NCBI RefSeq assembly: GCF_003918875.1
Contig: NW_025767135.1
Location: forward strand, 2,666,001 to 2,730,000
Length of the DNA stretch: 64,000 bases
Direction of reading: 5' to 3'
Origin: Haliotis rubra
Taxonomy: Eukaryota
In this document: one piece after another, positions 1 to 13,362 of the stretch
Position numbering within the stretch: position 1 is the first letter of the stretch
How the letters are laid out: each line of letters starts with the position of its first letter
Notes under the pieces: generated by a model
Told to the model about the DNA's origin: nothing
Databases searched by the model: none
The model's input: the letters and a program-made list of their open reading frames with translations, nothing else
Program-made: the position numbers and the translations under genes

Positions 1-140
1 GCTTACCCTGATCTGTATTTACCCTGATCAGTTGGTATTTACTCTGATCAGTTGGTATTTACCCTGATCAGTTCATATTTACCCTGATCAGTTTGTTTTT
101 ATCATAATCAGATCATATGTACACCGATCATTTTGTATCT
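1..140. repeat. ~21-bp minisatellite (tttaccctgatcagttggtat), ~6 decaying copies
   Basis: Direct tandem periodicity visible at window start. Confidence 0.85.
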
Positions 141-228
141 ATCAGTAGGAATCCTAGCAGAGATGGCAATGTACAAGCAGTAAAAGATTACAGCTGGGGT
201 TAATGTACAGTGGGGGTTAGTGTACAAG

Positions 229-367
229 GTGAGTGGGTGAGTTGGGGTTTATGTCGCTTTTAGCAATATTTAAGCAATATCATGGCAGGGGACACCAGGA
301 ATGGGCTTCACACATTGTACCCATGTGGGGAATCAAACCCTGGTCTTCGGCGCGAACGGTTTAAGCC
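229..367 (-). mobile_element. tRNA-derived SINE family A, diverged copy
   Basis: Reverse complement matches family A body (ccccacatgggtacaatgtgtgaagccc...tattgctaaaagcg) and (ACTC)n tail. Confidence 0.85.
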
Positions 368-1358
368 AAGGGGGAGTTGGTGTACCACCAACACTTTAAG
401 CCCAAGGCTACCCTACCTTGCCTTGTGAACACAGGATTTAAGTCTACAAGGGATGTAAGTGTATGAGGGTTGTAAGTGTACAAGAGGGAGTTGGTGTACA
501 ATAGGTGTAAGTGTACAAGGCATGTAAGTGTACAAGGCATGTAAGTGTGCAGGGCTTGTAAGTGTACAAGGGGGAGTTGGTGTACAAGGGGGTTTGTGTA
601 CAAGCAGTGTTAGTTTTGAGTTTACATAACGACAAGTAGGAACAGTTTGACGCACAATGTCTGTGTTCCTGATGAAAAGCAAAGCATGATCTAATCATCA
701 AGGGACATTTCAATATTTTTGTTATTCCAGTGTCAGAATTATGTATTTCAAGTGCGTATTACACAGTAAAACCATATCATGTTTTCACTTATTCAAAGCC
801 TGATTTCTGGGTGTGGCATATTGTCATTGTTTACGGCACAAATCACAATATTTGGGGAGCTGTACATCCACTTTCCTTTTCATGCAAGTGCAAACAGACA
901 ATAGGAAAGATTCGTAAAAACTTCCTATGTCGGTAACTGCGTCAGACTGGGATGTGTCTGGCAATGCCACTTTTCACACTGCCAGCATGCAGTCTCAAAG
1001 GCAGTTGTAAGTGATACTGTACACACTGTACCTAGTCTGTACCTTCACACCCACACCCTACACTGTAGACTGTGTTTAGTTTTCACCTTTAAAACTGCCA
1101 AACCCAACCATAAAATACACAAAAAATGAGTTGTACAATAATTCAACCCAAGCAATATATAAGTAAATTATATGTATGAATTATGAAATAAAAATGTGGT
1201 TTGAATCTCAGTTCAAAGCTTCCAAGCCCATCCCAACACAACTGTACCTCTCTACCCATCCAGCCATCGCTGACACTGCCCACCCACCATCACTGACACT
1301 GCAGACACTCCAATCCATCAGTCCTAATCACCACCCCTCAAATTATCACTTGGCACAT

Positions 1359-2069
1359 GGGGCGGTGGGGTAGCCTAGTGGTTAAAGCATTCGCTGAAGG
1401 CCCAGGTTCGAATTCCCCACATCGGTACAATGTGTGAAGCCGATTTCTGGTGTCCCCCACCATGATCAGGCCTACCAAAGAAAACTTTCCCACTGTGCAG
1501 AGAACGCAGAAAAGCCCACATTAATCGTGGTAATAGCAACATAAACATATTACCTCGCTATTGAAAGAGTAAAACGGCAACAAAAAACTATGAAACTGCA
1601 ACTTTTTATATCAGCGAACTTTGACCTCTACTGCACATGCGCATTATGATCTGGGCTTCTTTCCAATTTCCGAGCAACCGTGAATCGCCTCGCGTAGAAA
1701 AAGGATTAAATATGTCGAAATAATTGCTGTCAATCGTTTCATACAAATGGAAGGTAAACTAAACAAGTGTGCACACAGCTTTTGTCCAAGCTGGAAAATG
1801 TCAACATGCAGTCAAGACTTCCTCTTCCATATGCGCATGTGCAAAATCGAAGTTGCGGGCTCCTCGTTTAATGATGCAGTGTTAGCGATTTAAATTGCTG
1901 TTTTTACTGTTTCAGTAGCGAGGTATTATGTTTATGTTGCTATTTCCACGATTAATGTGGGCTTTTCTGCATTTTTCTGCACAGTTGGAAAGTTTTCTTT
2001 GGTAGGCCTGATGATATTGCTGGAATATTGCTAAAAGCGGTGTAAAACCCAACTCATTCATTCACTCAC
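1359..2069 (+). mobile_element. SINE family A (tRNA-Asp-like head, (ACTC)n tail) interrupted by a MITE
   Basis: A box tagcctagtgg, B box ggttcgaattcc; 12-bp TSD TCACTTGGCACA at 1346-1357 and 2070-2081. Confidence 0.92.
1467..2010. mobile_element. MITE with long (>110 bp) TIRs, CAGG..CCTG termini, 5-bp TSD (hAT5-like)
   Basis: TIR CAGGCCTACCAAAGAAAACTTTCC / GGAAAGTTTTCTTTGGTAGGCCTG; TSD ATGAT 1462-1466 and 2011-2015. Confidence 0.9.
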
Positions 2070-2306
2070 TCACTTGGCACAAGAGTTGTCGATAGCACCG
2101 ATACTTGTTCTGCTGAATTTCATCCTATAATTGTGGGTTTGAACCCCAGTTCACTATGATTAAATTTCCAGGTTTGGCTGCACCATACCCAGGCCCAACA
2201 CTATGTAAAACTATAAAAATATATTACATTGATATCAAAATGATCCAGTATTAAAACACTACCATCAAGTATAACATTAGAAATTGTGAAACTTCTGAAA
2301 CTATTA

Positions 2307-2528
2307 ACCCGTGAAGGTCCGGGTTAGAATATTGATCTTCAGTAACCCATGCTTGTCGTAAGAGGCGACTGACGGGATCGGGTGGTCAGACTCGCTGACT
2401 TGGTTGACACATGTAATCGGTTCCCAATTGCGCAGATCGATGCTCATGCTGTTGATCACTGGATTGTCTGGTCCAGATTAGATTATTTACAGACCGCCGT
2501 GTATGGCGTACAACTAAACTCACTCACT
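2307..2528 (+). mobile_element. Retroposon family B (ACCCGTGAAG-start, no tRNA head)
   Basis: acccgtgaaggtccgggtt...catgcttgtcgtaagaggcgact...gtctggtccaga...aaactcactca. Confidence 0.9.
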
Positions 2529-3268
2529 GAAAATATTATTAAGTCATTTAAAGAAAAATAGACACATATTTTTCCATTATATTCATATTCTTTATACTGC
2601 AAATAAATCAAAGGATATTTGTTTTTTGCTAATCTTCTGAAACTAATATTGACAGTCATCTGAAACACTATTGAAATAAAAATTCACCATGTACATATTT
2701 TGTTCTTTGAACAAAATCAGAATATATTTTAAACTATTTTTTCATCATTACGATATATATAGAATAAAAATATCTCATCATGTGAATATTCTTTACTCTG
2801 TAATAAATCACAAGGTAATACAGTAACTTTGAGTTGCCTCTGTGAATCATGAGTTCCTCCCAGGTAGTCTTTGTTTAAACACAGAGCACAGTACCCCCAC
2901 AGCGCTATAATGTTTGCATTGTTTTGTGATGAAACGGTACACATCCAAACACCATGTATTTCTGTTATTGTGATATGAGTTCGTATTGCACTGTAGCAAG
3001 GTGGGAGTATTTGACTGGAGAACTAATGAGGTTTACACATGTCATAGAATAAACCCAGTATATTGGCATACGAAAGCCTGCACAATGGATGAGACTTGGT
3101 TTGTGAATCAGCCCCTTGCAGGGGGCCCTTCAGTCTGTACACTCGTATCCACCTGATATGAAATCTATAAACTCCCAACACGTAAGCTACCCCCAAGGTG
3201 TGTAGTCAGTGTAAGGTTTGTCTGACAGTCGAGTGTTAAATTGATTGAGATAAGGTGATTTGTTGGGC

Positions 3269-3346
3269 CATTCATTCATTCATTCATTCATTCATTCATT
3301 CATTCATTCATTCATTCATTCATTCATTCATTCATTCATTCATTCA
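3269..3346. repeat. (CATT)n microsatellite
   Basis: Perfect tetranucleotide run. Confidence 0.97.
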
Positions 3347-3404
3347 TCAATGTACAACTAAAATGTACATGTACAGCAACCTATAACATAATAAGTTATG
3401 ACAA

Positions 3405-5072
3405 TATGTTTCTGTATATCTATATCTGTATGTCTGTCACAGTGTGTCTGTATGTCTGTCACAGTGTATCTGTATGTCTGTCACAGTGTGATGTACTGTA
3501 TCACCGTATATCTGTATGTCTGTCAAATTGTGACTGTGTGTCTGTCACAGTGTGTCTGTATGTCTGTCACAGTGCATCTGTATGTCTGTCACAGTGTGTC
3601 TGTATGTCTGTCACAGTGTGTCTGTATGTCTGTCACAGTATGATGTACTGTATCACCGTATATCTGTATGTCTGTCACAGTGTGTCTGTATGTCTGTCAC
3701 AGTGTGTCTGTATGTCTGTCACAGTGTGTCTGTATGTCTGTCACAGTGTGACTGTATGTCTGTCACAGTGTCTGTATGTCTGTCACATGTCTGTCACAGT
3801 GTGTCTGTATGTCTGTCACAGTGTGATGTACTGTATCACCGTATATCTGTATGTCTATCACTGTATGTCTATCACAGTGTGTCTGTATGTCTGTCACAGT
3901 CTGATGTACTGTATCACCATATATCTGTATGTCTGTCACAGTGTGATGTATGTCTGTATCTGTATGTCTGTCACAGTGTGTCTGTATGTCTGTCACACTG
4001 TATGTATGTCTGTATGTCTGTCATAGTGTGTCTGTGCTGTCTGTCACAGTATGTCTGTATGTCTGTCACAGTGTGTCTGTTGTCTGTATTGTGTGTCTGT
4101 ATGTCTGTCACAGTGTGACTGTATGTCTCGTGTACAACATGTACAGCAACCTACAACATATGTCTGTTATGTGTCTCTGTTTCTGTATATCTATATCTGT
4201 CACAGTGTGTCTGTATGTCTGTCACAGTGTGATGTACTGTATCACCGTATATCTGTATGTCTGTCACAGTGTGTCTATGTCTGTCACAGTGTGTATGTAT
4301 GTCTGTCACAGTATGACTGTATCACCGTACATCTGTATGTCTGTCACAGTGTGTTTGTATGTCTGTCACATTGTATCTGTATGTCTGTAAATCTGTATGT
4401 CTGTCACAGTGTGTCTGTATGTCTGTCACAGTGTGTCTGTATGTCTGTCACAGTGTGTCTGTATGTCTGTCACAGTGTGTCTGTATGTCTGTCACAGTGT
4501 GTCTGTATGTCTGTAACAGTGTGTCTGTATGTCTGTCACAGTGTGTCTGTATGTCTGTCACAGTGTGTCTGTATGTCTGTCACAGTGTGTCTGTATGTCT
4601 GTCACAGTATGACTGTATCACTGTACATCTGTATGTCTGTCACAATGTGTCTGTTTCTGTATATTTGTGTCTGTATGTCTGTCAAAGTGTGACTGTATGA
4701 CTGTACATCTGTATGTCTGTCACAATGTGTCTGTTTCTGTATATTTGTGTCTCAGTATGTCTGTCATCTGTATGTGTGACTGTATCACTGTATATTACAT
4801 CTGTATGTCTGTCACAATGTGTCTGTTTCTGTCATATTTGTGTCTGTATGTCTGTCAAAGTGTGTCTGTATGTCCATCACGTACATCTGTATGTCTGTCA
4901 CAGTATGACTGTATCACTGTTTCTGTATGTATGTTGTGTCTGTATGTCTGTCAAAGTGTGACTGTATCACTGTACAACTGTATGTCTGTCACAATGTGTC
5001 TGTTTCTGTATATTTGTGTCTGTATGTCTGTCAAAGTGTGACTGTATCACTGTACATCTGTATGTCCATCTG
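3405..5072. repeat. Compound ~22-bp minisatellite (gtctgtatgtctgtcacagtgt)
   Basis: Tandem periodicity; the Cys/Val-rich ORFs here are repeat artefacts. Confidence 0.95.
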
Positions 5073-6721
5073 TCCACCCACACTGACTTACAGCAATCAT
5101 TTCCTGTGATTTTCCAAGACAAGTTCCGACTACAATACAACGCCATAAATCACAGCCATTGAATCTTCAATTCTCTCTTTCCTGACAGAGGAAGGGTTAT
5201 AGCCACTTACAAAGAGTGTCATGTTTTTCTAACACACAATCTCATTAACATGTAGGGGGTCGTCAACCCCTAGACCTCCCAACACTTTTCAAACCTTCAC
5301 AAAAAGCAACCATTTAAGTCCGAAATTATGCTGAGTACCCCCCTAATATGTTTGCGTGGCTGGTTTTACTGCTGTAGTCCCATCCAGACACCTCAATGAC
5401 TGGGCGATATAACCGCTGTAATCCTTTCAGCTGTCACCATCAATGACCAGCCAAGAGATTAGCATTTACATACCTGAATAGCACCATATGTATCAAACCA
5501 AAGGATTTGGTGCCCTATGCCCCTCCCCTCCTCTCCACCCCTCCCTCCAACCCCAAACCTTCTAGAGATTAATAATGATTAATGTCAGTTTTAATGTCAA
5601 ATCATCCCATTTTGATCACGTGCATCGTAACATGATGTAAGAAACTAGGCAACTTGGGCTATAATTGAAACAAATTTGATAAAAGATAAAATAGATGTTT
5701 CTTTCATTTCTAGTAAGGGAGCCTCAAAATAAAGATTCTCATTATGAAAAATTATGATTAATTGATAGTTGAGTCTATAAGCAAGAGGAAGTCACGTGTC
5801 ATCTCCAAACGTGACAATGGTTCAGCGATTAATATATTTTTCCATTTCACTATCATTTATTATGGAAGACTGAAGCACAAGTCTAAGTTATTTAAAATTA
5901 CAATTATTCTCAATACACCTGAGCAGTTTGGTCATATTTCAAGTTTAATAGATAAAGCAGTGCAGCGTGAAGTTATTTACACATGCAATGATACTTATAG
6001 GTAGGAATTCATATATTTTATTTTTCTAAACATTTGGTCTTTTACACTTTTTGCTTTGTGTCTCTCATTTTAGTTTTTACAGCTGACTGATAATTCTCAA
6101 AATAATTCTCTCATTCGTAACAATCTCAACCTAAAAAAGTACCTAATTAGAAAAAGAAGTATTACTGAGAGTTGTTTACACATTTTTACAAAATAGGTTT
6201 TTACAAAAACAAACTTATGTGCCAAGCAGTTGCTGTAAATTTGTCGACAATAAATTATTCTTTTATATTAAAAATTAAAACTCAAGTCTGTACTCAAATC
6301 GCAAAAAGTACAAAAGTAAATAAACATTGTCCCATCAAACTACATGGTTGACAGTATTATAAGTACTCTACTGACACAGAATTCTCATGGAGCAAAGATC
6401 ATATATAACGCCCCTGATATACCCTGTTAGGTCTGTCTGTAGTAAGTTATATCATGCACCAAGCTAATGTCACAGCCAACTAGACAACCAAACATTCTAT
6501 CTCCAGGGGCTGGGATTTTCATTTGACAAATAAGGTGATCATTCTTTCAACATGTTTGTTTTGCATTACTTGAGGCCGAAATTGTTTTTCAGACCCATCA
6601 AAATAATTTTCAAACATGTCAATTAGGTAATGGTTTCTAATCATCGTTACTTCTTTTGACATCCGTATTATATATATTCCACACAAAGTCATACCTAAAA
6701 AGATAATTTAGATTTGTATGT

Positions 6722-6934
6722 TTTGTTTGTTGTTTAAGGCCGCATACAGCAATATTCCAGTTATATGGTGGCGATCACAATCCAGTGATCGACAACATGA
6801 GCATCGATCTACACAGATGGGATACGATGACCTGTGTCAACCAAGTCAGCGAGCCTGACCACCTGATCCCGTTAGTCGCCTCTTACAACAAGCATGGGTT
6901 GCTGAAGACCAATTCTATCCTGGATCTTCACAGG
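6722..6934 (-). mobile_element. Retroposon family B
   Basis: Reverse complement of family B with (AAAC)n tail. Confidence 0.88.
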
Positions 6935-7020
6935 TATATAAATAAGTTAGATTCACAAAGTTTACTTTGCATCACAGAATACAAGTTATTGAGACATACC
7001 AAATATATTCTCTTTCCAAT

Positions 7021-7636
7021 AATGGGTTAGCCTAGTAGTTAAAGCGTTCGGGCATCATGCCAAAGACCAGGGTTTGATTCCCCACATGGGTACAATGTGT
7101 GAAGCCCCATTCCTTGTGTCCCTTGCCGTGATATTGCAGGAATATATTTTTTTGCTTTTATTTCACTTTTTTTTTTCGTACAAAGTCAACATACAGTGAG
7201 TAATATGAAATAAACTAAATAGAAAACAACTTCAACAAATTATAATAATAACAAAATAATGGTACACTTACAATTTATCTTCGAGTTGTATTTATTTAAA
7301 TTATATGAAATTTCAACATCTTTTTTGATATATGAAATGTTAGGATGCATATTTCTAATCTTGATTTGAAAATATTGTATCTTGTGATAATTATGATACA
7401 GTTGAGCACATCATTTCATTCATCAGGGCATCCAAATAATACCTTTTTCATATCAAAGTGAAGAAAAGTGCCCGTTTTATGTTGAATCCATTCAATACCA
7501 TTATTCCAAACCTCTTTGACTATATCACATTCATAGAATATGTGTATTATGGTTTCAACACCTGTTTTACAGAAAGTACAAGCATTGTATTTTAATTGCT
7601 GGAATATTGATAAAAGCTAAACACACTCACTCACTC
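7021..7636 (+). mobile_element. SINE family A interrupted by an L1/Tx1 fragment
   Basis: SINE body 7021-7145 resumes at 7595 (attgctggaatattg...cactcactc). Confidence 0.85.
7146..7594 (-). mobile_element. 5'-truncated L1/Tx1-clade LINE 3' end (ORF2 C-terminal zf-RVT-type motif)
   Basis: Minus-strand translation KYNACTFCKTGVETIIHIFYECDIVKEVW (CxxC..ETxxHxFxxC); T-rich tail at 7146-7176; ~13-bp TSD ATTGC(A/T)GGAATAT at 7133-7145 and 7595-7607. Confidence 0.85.
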
Positions 7637-8929
7637 TTTGCAAAACACCTGATATATAAACATTTACATGAAAAGTGTAACCCGACCAAACAAAAAGGAA
7701 ACAGTAGTAAGTATCGGCTTTGAGGATCAACCCTGTAAGGAAATTATATTCAGCTGTGTGTTGGAGTTCTGATCACTCACAGTTATATTACTCAATGCAT
7801 ACTCAATCACAATAATAGTCATTTAAAATTTGTTGCTCAGATTTGCCCGTTACAGAACAGAGAGTGACTCACAGCCACCAAGACACACATAAATCATGAG
7901 GAAATGTGTCAAATGTTTTATTATAAACTTTTTTTTTTCCAAGTCACCACGCCTGCGTGTTGACCTTGATATCTGCGGTGTAGGGGACTTCTTCACAACT
8001 GTCGCACTGCTAATATAAATGAGACTTCGATTTCATAAACATGACACACAGTAACAAATACTTTTAATTAATTTCCCGACTTGTAAGTGTATGTACTGAG
8101 GGGCTAGAATCACATAAGTACATTGTTAAGATGTAAGTACATTACTAAGACAAATGAGACTGTATTCGTTTAGAGTCAATAAAACTAACAGTAAAGTCAA
8201 TTACTTGGCTGATAAAGAAAGTTAAAAAGTAACGATTTATTGACAATGCCGTCATTATTTTTTGATAGATTTTGGTTCTTGTTTACGTCTCTCTTTTTTT
8301 TAAAATAATTTAATCAAGATCACTATCACAAATGACTGACTTATTGTCCTTATGACTAATTGTCCAAAATGGCCGACTTTGATCTCGACATGGAAACAGT
8401 TGTTAGGGAAATACCTTGTGAGGAAGTGTCGAAAGTAAACTGATAATGTTTGTGATGACAAATGCGGTATTTCCACTAATGTGACAATACTGTGTAAGAA
8501 TATAAATATATTATGATAGTATTCTTTTGATTTGTAATTTCAGAAAATGCCTGGCATTTCCACATGGCTGAGTTTAACACATCAATTTTTTGTTTAAACA
8601 GATAACTGGGGAACTAATTAGAGATTGATGTAGCTCTTTGTTTAATAAGGTGTTAATAAAAACTTCTGAGTATATTCTGACTGTAAGCCATGGTAGTATG
8701 TTGGGCTTGTTTTTGTTTACTACTCATAAATATTAGGGATCTCTTGATTCTTTCATATCACCATGAGATCAATTATGGTAATATGAAAGAACCAGAAGAA
8801 TAAATATCCATGCTGATCATTGCTCTGGGTTATTAAACCATATGAATGGTCAAGCCTTTTGCGAGCATTAACTCACGGTATTTCTACTTGACATTATTAA
8901 ATGTTCCACCAACCATAGTTTCATCAACA

Positions 8930-9200
8930 CACTAATAGTTTGATCAATAGACCATTAGTTTGATAAATAGTCCATTTTTTTTTATTAACAGACCAATTGT
9001 TTGATCAGTAGACCAATAGTTTGATTGATAGACCAATAGTTTGATCAATAGTCTAATTGTTTCATCAATAGACCACAATTTTGATCAATACTCCAATAGT
9101 TTGATAGTCCAATTGTTTGATCAACAGACAAAAGTTTGATCAATACACCATTGTTTGATTGATAGTCCAATTGTTTGATCAATAAATTGTTTGGTCAACC
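8930..9200. repeat. ~20-bp minisatellite (gtttgatcaatagaccaata)
   Basis: Tandem periodicity. Confidence 0.88.
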
Positions 9201-9493
9201 ACCTATTGAGAATAAGTTCATGCTGTGATAGATAGAAACATACTTTCAAAAAGTTTTTCTTGGATTGCCAATTGATCAGAGCCTTTTGTTTCTTAATAAA
9301 TACTCCAAGCTGCTGCAGCAGAAGCAGTGTCCTTTGATGAAGTAGTGAGACTTTGTAAACTGGAGCTGACTCCGGTGTAAATGATTAAAGAAGCCTCTGA
9401 GGTTTTGGTTGGCAGTGTAAGGCTGAGGAAGATAATTGACAAGCCTTTGCATGTGTTTATGACGGGTGCCACTGACAGGCAGGATACACTCAC

Positions 9494-9583
9494 TACACGC
9501 TTTATAACAGTGTTAAGATCTACACCCAAACGTCGCATCTACCTCAATAAAGAAGTTGTCTCTCCATAAAAAGACTTCCTCTT
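9494..9583 (+). mobile_element. Tiny Penelope-like insertion with decayed minimal hammerhead motif
   Basis: 14-bp TSD CAGGATACACTCAC (9480-9493, 9584-9597); tttataa-c-agtgt..acacc-caaac-gtc followed by aataaagaagttgt. Confidence 0.7.
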
Positions 9584-10369
9584 CAGGATACACTCACCTT
9601 TTAGCAAACACCTGGAATCACCAGGCGTTTAACCTGTCAAAAATCAACATTAGATGCATATTTAAAGGCTGTTTATGCAAATCTCTGAGGTGGTCTGACT
9701 TGAGAGTGGAGCCCCCCCACACACACACACTCACTTTGAATGGCCATACAATGATAAATAATGACAAGGTTTATAACAGAACTTTGTGGCCTGCTGTCAT
9801 CGAAACTGTGTTGCAATTTTTCTGGTCGTCTGTGACATCACAATCAGGAGATAGCAACATTACATTGCCCGACATGTGTTGCCCGGCGCTGTTGACCAGG
9901 ACGGTGCACACTCTACATGATAGATATGGCGGATAGCCGTACATGGTACCTTCAGCATGTCACGATGTCTGGATATCTCCGGATTCCAGCAACCATTCCA
10001 GCTCCAAATATGAGCAGTTTGAAACAATGTCTGATCTTTTGAAAATGAAACACAAGTTACTTTCATGACTGTGTTTCAAGCCTGTTGATAGTTCTTACAT
10101 TAGCAAGTAGAACAAAGCTTGTCTTTGTCTGTAGACACTTGTTTACTGTGGTTTTTGTGAAGTGACCATTTATTTTCTGGGGTGTGATCAGAGGTAAATG
10201 CTAGGGTTGAACAGACGGTAGTGCTGCATACATGTTTGTTCAGGGAAAAGATATTTTGGTGTCACAGAAACTGTATTACCCATTAAACGGAGCAAACTTG
10301 ATTTCCCATGTTACATTCTATTTAAAAAGTAAAGTACAGCAACAGTTATTAATTGTATATTTCTCTGGG

Positions 10370-10774
10370 ACTGTCTCCTCTCCAGTGACCATCTCTCCTG
10401 TCTCTCTCCTCTCTCCTTCTCTCTCTCTACTCTCTCTCATTCTCTCTCTTCATTCCTCTCTCCTTCTCTCTCACTATTCTCGATCTCCNNNNNNNNNNNN
10501 NNNNNNNNNNNNNNNNNNNNNNNNNNNNNNNNNNNNNNNNNNNNNNNNNNNNNNNNNNNNNNNNNNNNNNNNNNNNNNNNNNNNNNNNNNNNNNNNNNNN
10601 NNNNNNNNNNNNNNNNNNNNNNNNNNNNNNNCCTCCCTCTCCTGTCTCTTACCCTCCTCCTCTCTCTCTCCTCTCTCTCTGTCTCTCTCTCTCTCTCTGT
10701 CTCTTACCCTCCCACTCTCTCTCTCCTCTCCTCTGTCTCTCTCTCTACTCTCTCTCTGTCTCTTACCTCCTCCA

Positions 10775-10805
<31 letters not shown>

Positions 10806-11234
10806 CTCCTCTCACTCTCTCTCTCCTCCTCTCTGTCTCTCTCTCTCTCCTCTCTCCGTCTCTTCTCTCCCTCCCCTCTTACCTCTCTCCTCTCACTTCT
10901 CTCTCTCTCTCCTCTCTCCGTCTCTTACTCTCCCACTCTCCTCTCTCTGTCTCTCTCTCTCTACCTCTCATCTGTCTCTCTCTCTCTACCTCTCACTGTC
11001 TCTTTCTCTCTCCTCTCTCTCCGTCTCTCTCTCCTCCTCCACTCTCTCTCTCTACCTCTCACTGTCTCTCTCTCTACCTCTCACCTCTCACTCTCTCTCT
11101 CTCTCTCCTCTCACTGTCTCTCTCTCTCTACCTCTCACTGTCTCTCTCTCTCTACCTCTCACTGTCTCTCTCTCTCTCCTCCCTCCGTCTCTTACCCTCC
11201 CACTCTCTCTACCTCTCACTGTCTCTCTCTCTCT
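10370..11234. repeat. (CT)n-rich pyrimidine tract spanning an assembly gap
   Basis: Low-complexity CT sequence; N gap 10489-10631. Confidence 0.95.
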
Positions 11235-11669
11235 ATTCATCCATCTGCAAAAATTAATGTTTTAATATGAATGACCAGATCTAATGGTATTGAAGCAACC
11301 GTGTAATTGTCCACTCACAGAATAAGCATTCTTTTCTCTACCTGCTACAGCAGTGACTGCGACATGCTACTGTATGTATGTAACTGTACATGAAGAATCA
11401 CATTCTCTTTGTTATTTAAAACCTCTCTAATCCCACAAGTTGTAAATATTTGGTATAAACGGTTTGGTTATCTGACACTGATAACCTGCGGCAGAATGTA
11501 CGTCCTGTAAATGTTTGTACTGCAGCGATGTTGCTGTTGACAGTGAGGGAGTTGCGGAAGTGGAGGCCGATACAGCAGGATGCTTACCTGACAAATCTGT
11601 CTCAGACTGTCTGTGAGACTAGACATTGAAAAATGGTCATCTTTGGTCGTAGCTAGTGTCTTTGTAGCT

Positions 11670-13100
11670 GGAAACAGATACCCTGGTCTTCTGGTGTTGC
11701 ATTGTCCGGATGGCTAGACACAGACACCTGGTGTTGTAGTTGTACTGTGTGTGTAGACAGGCACCTTGGTCTTCTGGTTTGCACTGTCTGTGTGTATAGA
11801 CAAAGACTAGGGGTGGGTATTGCAAGGAATTTTCATATTGAGATAAATTGCGATTTTGAAAGCATGTATTGCGATATGTATTGCAATATATTGCAAGAAG
11901 TTTTCCTTAACAAAAAATACGTATAATTGAGTTAATGCTTGATTTATAAAGTAAAAACACAACAAAATCACAATGCGTTAATAAAAACTTTTAATCATGA
12001 CAAAATAAAAATGTAAATAATGTTTGGCACAAATGAAACAAGGAAAGGAACAATTTAAAAAACGGAAATATCCGAAGATTTCCGAGTGTTACAAAGTTTT
12101 CCGAACCAGTAAATACCGGTAAACCGGTTATATTGAGCAGCCCTAACAAAGACACCTAGTGTTGTAGATGCACTGTCTCTGTAGAGAGACACAGACACCT
12201 TGGTCTCCTGGTTTGAACTGTGTGCATGGCTAGACAAAGACACCTTGTGTTGTAGATGCACTGCCTGTGTAGAGAGACACAGGCACCTTGGTCTCCTGGT
12301 TTGAACTGTGTGCATGGCTAGACAAAGACACCTTGTGTTGTAGATGCACTGCCTGTGTAGAGAGACACAGGCACCTTGGTCTCCTGGTTTGAACTGTGTG
12401 CATGGCTAGACAAAGACACCTTGTGTTGTAGATGCACTGCCTGTTTAGACACACAGACATCTTGGTCTCCTGGTTTGAACTGTGTGCATGGCTAGACAAA
12501 GACACCTTGTGTTGTAGATGCACTGCCTGTGTAGAGAGACACAGGCACCTTGGTCTTCTGGTGTGCATTGTCTGTGTGGTTGGACAAGGACACCTTGTGT
12601 TGTAGATGCACTGCCTGTGTAGACACACAGGCACCTTGGTCTCCTGGTTTGAACTGTGTGCATGGCTAGACAAAGACACCTTGTGTTGTAGATGCACTGC
12701 CTGTGTAGACACACAGGCACCTTGGTCTCCTGGTTTGAACTGTGTGCATGGCTAGACAAAGACACCTTGTGTTGTAGATGCACTGCCTGTGTAGACACAC
12801 AGACACCTTGGTCTTCTGGTTTGAACTGTGTGCATGGCTAGACAAAGACACCTTGTGTTGAATATGCACTGCCTGTGTACACAGACACCCTAGTCTTCTG
12901 GTTTGCGCTCCCAACATGACTGGACAGAAACACCTGGTGTTGTATGTTCACGCTCTGCATGGTTAGACAGAGACACCTGGTGTCATAGGTATGTGGCTAG
13001 AAACTGAACTCTGGTGTTGTTGGCTCACTGTCTGTTTGGTACAATATCAGCATGAACAGACACAGTATTCTGTTGTTGCTCTGTCTCTGTGTCTAGACAC
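11670..13100. repeat. 84/88-bp minisatellite built from two related ~44-bp half units
   Basis: Units start at 12231, 12319, 12407; degenerate edges. Confidence 0.92.
11808..12145. mobile_element. hAT-type MITE (TAGGG termini, 8-bp TSD) inside the minisatellite
   Basis: TAGGGGTGGG..GCAGCCCTA; TSD ACAAAGAC 11800-11807 and 12146-12153; second copy at 19828. Confidence 0.9.
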
Positions 13101-13247
13101 GGAAACTTTGTCAAATGGTTTAGTACTGTAGATGTAGCTAGACATGGATACCAAATACAGCTAAATCTTTCAGTGACCTATCACAGATTAAGTCATTGAT
13201 CATGAGGACCGCCATGAAATACTGAATTTCCAAACATCATTAGGATT

Positions 13248-13362
13248 ATGTCTTTCAGTGGCATTTAGAAGTTGTACATTGATGTCCAAGATATTTTTAT
13301 GGATTAAACATCTTTTTAATTTCTCTCACGACGTTTCGAATCCATAAAAATATCTTGGACAT
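13248..13362 (-). mobile_element. Tiny Penelope-like terminal fragment with inverted arm
   Basis: Perfect 24-bp inverted repeat 13282-13305 / 13339-13362; minus strand gaaacgtcg..ccataaaaatatcttggacatc..cttctaaatgcc; related to 25339. Confidence 0.7.

Noticed and set aside
1359-1430. tRNA-Asp gene calls at SINE A heads
   Set aside because: No closed acceptor stem; always continues into the SINE body, often with TSDs.
3398-5109. Long Cys/Val-rich ORFs in several frames
   Set aside because: Translations of a 22-bp minisatellite; open in multiple frames and strands.
7677-7853. TGTAAC..GTTACA solo LTR
   Set aside because: No matching TSD and no second copy.
10232-11257. 341-aa Ser/Leu ORF
   Set aside because: CT microsatellite plus N gap.
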